The position numbers and the translations under genes were made by a program. Below the pieces are notes generated by a model, which was not told the DNA's origin, made no database searches, and worked only from the letters and a program-made list of their open reading frames with translations. DNA of 40,525 bases from Octopus bimaculoides. Taxonomy: Eukaryota. Where the stretch lies: positions 36,039,551 to 36,080,075 of the forward strand of contig NC_069004.1 in NCBI RefSeq assembly GCF_001194135.2, written 5' to 3'. Of the stretch, positions 35,773-40,525 are shown piece after piece. Each line of letters starts with the position of its first letter. Positions within the stretch are counted from its first letter, which is position 1.

Positions 35773-36133
35773 ATATCATCATCATCATTTAATGTCCATT
35801 TTCCATGCTGGCATGGGTTGGATTGACAGAAGCTGGCAAGCCAGAGGATTGTACCAAGCTTTGCTGCCTGTTCTGGCAGAGTTTCCATGGCTCAGTATGC
35901 CCACTTCCTAACACCAACCACTGTACAGTGTATGGGTTGCCTCTTGTGTGGCACCAGTGAGGTCACCAAGTCACTTACAAGACTAGTATTTAAGGAAGTG
36001 GCTTGTGCCAGGTGATGTGAGGTTAAACTATGATAGAGGTACAGATACAAGTGTCTTGCTTTAGAGGAGATACATGGCTAACCCAGACAGAGCAAGACAA
36101 AGAGATGGTAGCAAAATGCCAACATACACACAC

Positions 36134-36188
<55 letters not shown>

Positions 36189-36903
36189 GTGGTGAAATCC
36201 TGACAACCCAACAGGATATCAAGTGAGCTGTCCTAAACCTTATAAAGGTGCATGCATACTGACAATGCAATGTACAGTGTGGTGTGTGCAGTCGCATCTG
36301 TGAAGGCTGTTGTAGAAGTCGTTGAGAAGAGATATAAGTTTGTTACTGATTTAGTGTTTGTAGTGTTATAACACTGTTACAGTGTAGTCCAACAATTAAG
36401 ACGCGTTTTTTTTAATATTAAGTAAAGACAGTATCCGTCCATCAACGTCATTCAACACAAAATAAGATATCTCTATTTTTACCTATTATTTACTATTGTA
36501 GAAAGAAATTAATGATAGAATATTATAAGCTAAATGTGAGGTTTGGTCCACGGACCTCTGTCAAAAAACTATGGATTTTGGGATAAGAAATTGTGTACCT
36601 ATATATGTATGTGAATGCATATATATATATATATACACACACACAAAGAATGATAAAAGAAAAACTTCTTGATAGAACCAGATTATCAATGTATGGGTGT
36701 ATATATGCATACGTATACACACCCATATATGACCTGATGCAGTAGTAAGGGAAGAAAGGTGACATAGAAGAGGAATGACAAAAAATAAGGGTTTTAACAT
36801 TGGTGCCAATATAATTAGTATAATATTCCACAAAATGTGATGGATACTTTGTGTCTATGTTATAGAGAGAGAGAGAGGCAAGGTAAGTAAAATTCTGTCT
36901 CAC

Positions 36904-36965
36904 CTGTAGGGTCATCGTTGTGAGCCACTAAAACAATCAAATCACTGCGGGCTGGTCGACGTTCA
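36904..36965 (-). CDS. POLR2E: RPB5 coding exon 3 ([21 protein letters not shown])
   Basis: Acceptor ttttctctttatag, donor GTGAGA, 62 nt. Phases 2 and 1 fit the neighbouring exons; conserved [10 protein letters not shown] motif. Confidence 0.96.
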
Positions 36966-37330
36966 CTATAAAGAGAAAACATTGAGCATTTGTCATTCAC
37001 AACAGTAAACAACATCATCATTAACAGTGTTTTAATTGAGATGATTTAATTCTATGCAACACTCTTATGAGATAACCAAATTACTGCAGAATGTCCATGT
37101 TACATGAAAGTCAAAGAAAATATAACATTTGGCATTATGGAATTCCAGGTTAATGCAAAATTGCCAAATACTTGATGCTTCTGTAAGGCTAGGATTGTCT
37201 GAAGTAATAATAATGAGTTGTAAGGAGTGTTAATAAATGATGGGAGGGGGTTCTACCTTGGTACAGAAGGGGAGAGGAGAAGGAGATGTTATACAGATGT
37301 AGAGAGGAGGTAAGCAGAGAGGTTACGTTA

Positions 37331-37450
<120 letters not shown>

Positions 37451-37502
37451 TTATTATAATGAAGATATGCTACATAAATACATACACACATATATATAAT
37501 AG

Positions 37503-37640
37503 GTGCAGAAGTGGCTGTGTGGTTAAGAAACTTGTTTGCTTGCCAATCATGTGGTCTCGAATTCATCCCCACTGTATAGCCCCAGGTTGACCAAAGCTTT
37601 GTGAATGAATTTGGCAGACAGAAACTGAAAAAAGTCAGTC
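37503..37640 (+). mobile_element. SINE family A, CpG-decayed copy
   Basis: gtggctgtgtggttaagaa...gaccaaagctttgtgaatgaatttggcagacagaaactgaaa. Confidence 0.7.
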
Positions 37641-38033
37641 ATGTATGTATATGTTTGTGTTTATCTCCTCCATTCTTTCAACCTTTTTTATGATTTAGGA
37701 TTAAGTTCTGTGCCCCACCTCTTCTTTCTACATCAATGACTTTCTTACCATCACGTCCAGTGCCAACCCTCTTACAATACCCTTCAGTTCTCTTATGTTA
37801 TCCACTCAACAACCTAGACACTACATAAAGACACAACTTGAAAGCATCCTCCAATACGCACATGTCAATCTTGTCATTGAACACAGAAAACATCAACAAA
37901 AATGCATCCCCTTAAAATGAGCAGCACTCAGCAAAATCTCCTCAAAATTGCTCCAATTATTGAGTCTCACTGTTCTAGACACATTGGAATGCAGTTCCAG
38001 CCATGTTAAAGATGTGCTGGCAAAACCACATCT

Positions 38034-38263
38034 TTAAGCCTTCAGCATTTTAAACTGGCCATATCTGGCCCGAATATTCTACCCGTTTTATGTCCCAAAC
38101 TGACCAGATCTGACCTCTCACACCTCTCCTACAATATCATTAAAAAAAAATACAATCATACCATTGAAATCTCAAAACTACAAGATAATGCATGATCAAC
38201 TGAGGACAAGGTGAATAAATAAGTATTATGTTTGGCAGAGTAATCTGAATGCTGCACGGTAAA
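38034..38263 (+). mobile_element. piggyBac-like MITE, same family as 33469-33829
   Basis: TTAA-GCCTTCAGCATT start and degenerate AATGCTGCACGG end. Shares the blocks aatattctac, atctgacctctca and cattgaaatc with the other copy. Confidence 0.55.
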
Positions 38264-38339
38264 CATTACCTGAAGTACAACCCAATGCCAAGCCTTTGTT
38301 TTTCAAGCCAGAAGATATTTTAGCCTTCACCAATCATTG

Positions 38340-38645
38340 ACACTTTCCAAAGCTTGGCTGAGGCTCACATGGAGTATTATTCTCACATTTGGGATGGTGT
38401 TATAGCTGCACTCACAGGTAGCATCCAGAAAAGGGCCACCCAACTGTTTAGCATCACCAAAAGACATGCTTCAGTCTCTGGCCTAAGGTTGCAGTCTTCT
38501 CTCTCTGTTTTTCTACTGCAACTATTTTGGCCTCTACTCTGGCTGCCTCATACCATTCCATCCCACTTGCCACTCTTTTTCTCATCACTCCAAGTCCCAC
38601 TACACATGTTAAAATGAGCAGTGCAGTCCTGACGCAGGCAGACAT
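38340..38645 (+). mobile_element. LINE ORF2 3' fragment (Jockey/L2/Crack-like)
   Basis: ORF 38354..38617 HMEYYSHIWDG...SIQKRATQL resembles the post-RT 'RP.MEYCSHIW.G...IQKRA' motif. Clade assignment is tentative. Confidence 0.65.
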
Positions 38646-38884
38646 AGTAGATGTGTTGTTTGACTAACTCACTCACATCTAACCCAACTCACACAACACA
38701 AGAGTGCTTCATCTGTGAACTACATAGTTGTTTAACCAATTATTTACCTAATCTACATTTACTTAATATCACTTTTACAGTGTCTATCTATCCAGTCAAC
38801 ATCTACACACAGTGTAATGCCTATATCTACCTAATAATGTCTACATGTTACAACTTCGTGCAGTAATGTAGTCTCAGCAAACAA

Positions 38885-39330
38885 AGTCGAAATTTCTGTT
38901 ACCCTCACAATATGTTCAGCTATTTCTTCCTATTTCTCCATTTCCTTCTATTTGACAGTCTTTTTTCTGTCCATTCATCTCTTAATATCCACAGTCACTA
39001 TTTACTCCTGCATCTCGGGGAGAAAATATGAGAAAAAGAAGCCTTCCTCCCCCATAACAAAAACAAAACAGTTATTATCAATAACTCTTTAGGTAACAAA
39101 ATATTTTCAAAATATTTGTTACCTAAAGAGTTATTGATAATAACTGTTTTGTTTTTGTTATGGGGGAGGAAGGCTTCTTTTTCTCATATTTTCTCCCCGA
39201 GATGCAGGAGTAAATAGTGACTGTGGATATTAAGAGATGAATGGACAGAAAAAAGACTGTCAAATAGAAGGAAATGGAGAAATAGGAAGAAATAGCTGAA
39301 CATATTGTGAGGGTAACAGAAATTTCGACT
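38885..39330. repeat. 446-bp palindrome (inverted duplication) in POLR2E intron 1
   Basis: 38885-39107 is the reverse complement of 39109-39330, apart from one extra A near the centre. Single central C at 39108. Confidence 0.97.
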
Positions 39331-39756
39331 GACGATTTTACAAAGAACTTCCACGCGGTTACATACACACCAACAATACAAGTTGCTACATACACACACA
39401 TATTTATATATACATACATACGACAGTAGAAATACTGCTAAGGAACTTGAATAAATAGTCATATCCAAACTTATTTCGCCTGACTGGGAAATTCGATCCA
39501 CGAAGAATATTTCAGAAGCTTCCAACAAAAACTGAATCGACAGTTTTTTTTGTTTTGTTCCTTGAGGTTCCCTTGTCTTTCCTTCTAAAGGAAGGTTTAC
39601 TTTAAAACATTATTGGAACGTTTCATTTTATATAATTGTCAGAAGACTGACGACGACCGGACAGTCTGGAGAAATACAACGTGGTTTGTGACTAAATAAA
39701 TATTATTATTTATTTAGTTGGTAAAGAAACAAAAAGAAATGTAACTGAGCATTTAC

Positions 39757-39813
39757 CTGCATTACAGTCCTACGAATACGCCATAATTTATAAGTTTCTT
39801 GCTCGTCATCCAT
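39757..39813 (-). CDS. POLR2E: RNA polymerases I/II/III subunit RPABC1 (RPB5), coding exon 1 (MDDEQETYKLWRIRRTVMQ)
   Basis: Manual translation matches the recognised RPB5 N-terminus. ATG at 39813-39811; phase-0 donor GTAAAT follows. Confidence 0.97.
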
Positions 39814-39859
39814 CTCCAAGAATTCACTGGAATATTTCTTATATTTTCTGCGATTTTAA

Positions 39860-39960
39860 ACGAACCAAACCTGACTCCAAAACCGGAACCGTAATGAGTC
39901 GCAAATAAATACTTCCGGTTATTGAAGCTGCCGTAGCTTCGTAAAATCGAAGGAAGATTT
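39860..39960 (-). promoter_or_regulatory. POLR2E proximal promoter / 5' UTR region with ETS motif
   Basis: ACCGGAAGT on the minus strand at 39919-39911, about 100 nt upstream of the ATG. CpGs reappear from about 39.3 kb onward. The TSS cannot be located from sequence. Confidence 0.5.
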
Positions 39961-40525
39961 CTAAGTAAAAACAAAACTAAATACGTATAGATATCAGTCT
40001 ATTTATCCCAAAACCATACGTTCATGGAGAGGTAGATATCGACTAAAGAACTTCACTACAATAGATGGTAAAAGTAAACCTTGTTGGGAAATGAATTCAG
40101 ATTCTCAATAAATATTGTTTCTAATTGACATGTTTTAACGGGGATGTGGTTAGTCGATTACATCGATTCCAGTATTTGAGTGGTAATTTACTAACCACAG
40201 AAATATAAGAGGCAAATTAACATCAGCGGGATTTGAACTTGAAGAGCAAGAAAAAAAGTACCTTTCCAACCTGACCGCTTAGACGCTGTTGGTTCAGAGT
40301 ATATAGGGATTTTTTGGCAAGAAGAGTTTCAGAAAATTCACACGACCCGAATTTTTACCGTCATAGCTTTCAGGAAAATGGGTGTCATTTGAAAGTTTGC
40401 ACAAATACCTTTTAAAAGGCATAGATTACGATTTTAAAGAAATTTGTTACGAAAACTTTTTCCGAGGGTGTGAGGAGGGAAGTTTCGGATCAGGAAGACC
40501 ACATAAGTTGGAATTTCTCCGTTTT

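Overview
AT-rich, microsatellite-laden eukaryotic (animal) genomic DNA with 8 assembly gaps. The SINE families and simple-repeat load resemble a coleoid cephalopod (Octopus-like) genome; this is an inference from recognition, not a search. Nearly all entries in the supplied ORF track are microsatellite noise. One complete protein-coding gene can be rebuilt by hand: POLR2E/RPB5, the subunit shared by RNA polymerases I, II and III. It lies on the minus strand in 8 coding exons (39813 to 17185; 57+89+62+140+81+59+79+66 = 633 nt; 210 aa), all with GT-AG introns. Intron 6 has U12 (minor spliceosome) signals and intron 7 is about 15.2 kb. The rest is transposon-derived: a near full-length DD34D mariner, a decayed DD41D-like Tc1/mariner, a mariner MITE, an RTE-like LINE 3' fragment encoding a PHD finger, other LINE scraps, TTAA-flanked MITEs and many tRNA-derived SINEs. 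The most unusual signals are a 446-bp essentially perfect palindrome in intron 1, a CpG-retaining island inside the otherwise CpG-depleted gene body (possible nested promoter), and four long fold-back hairpins, three of them clustered in intron 7. No prokaryotic-type system (CRISPR, operon) is present.
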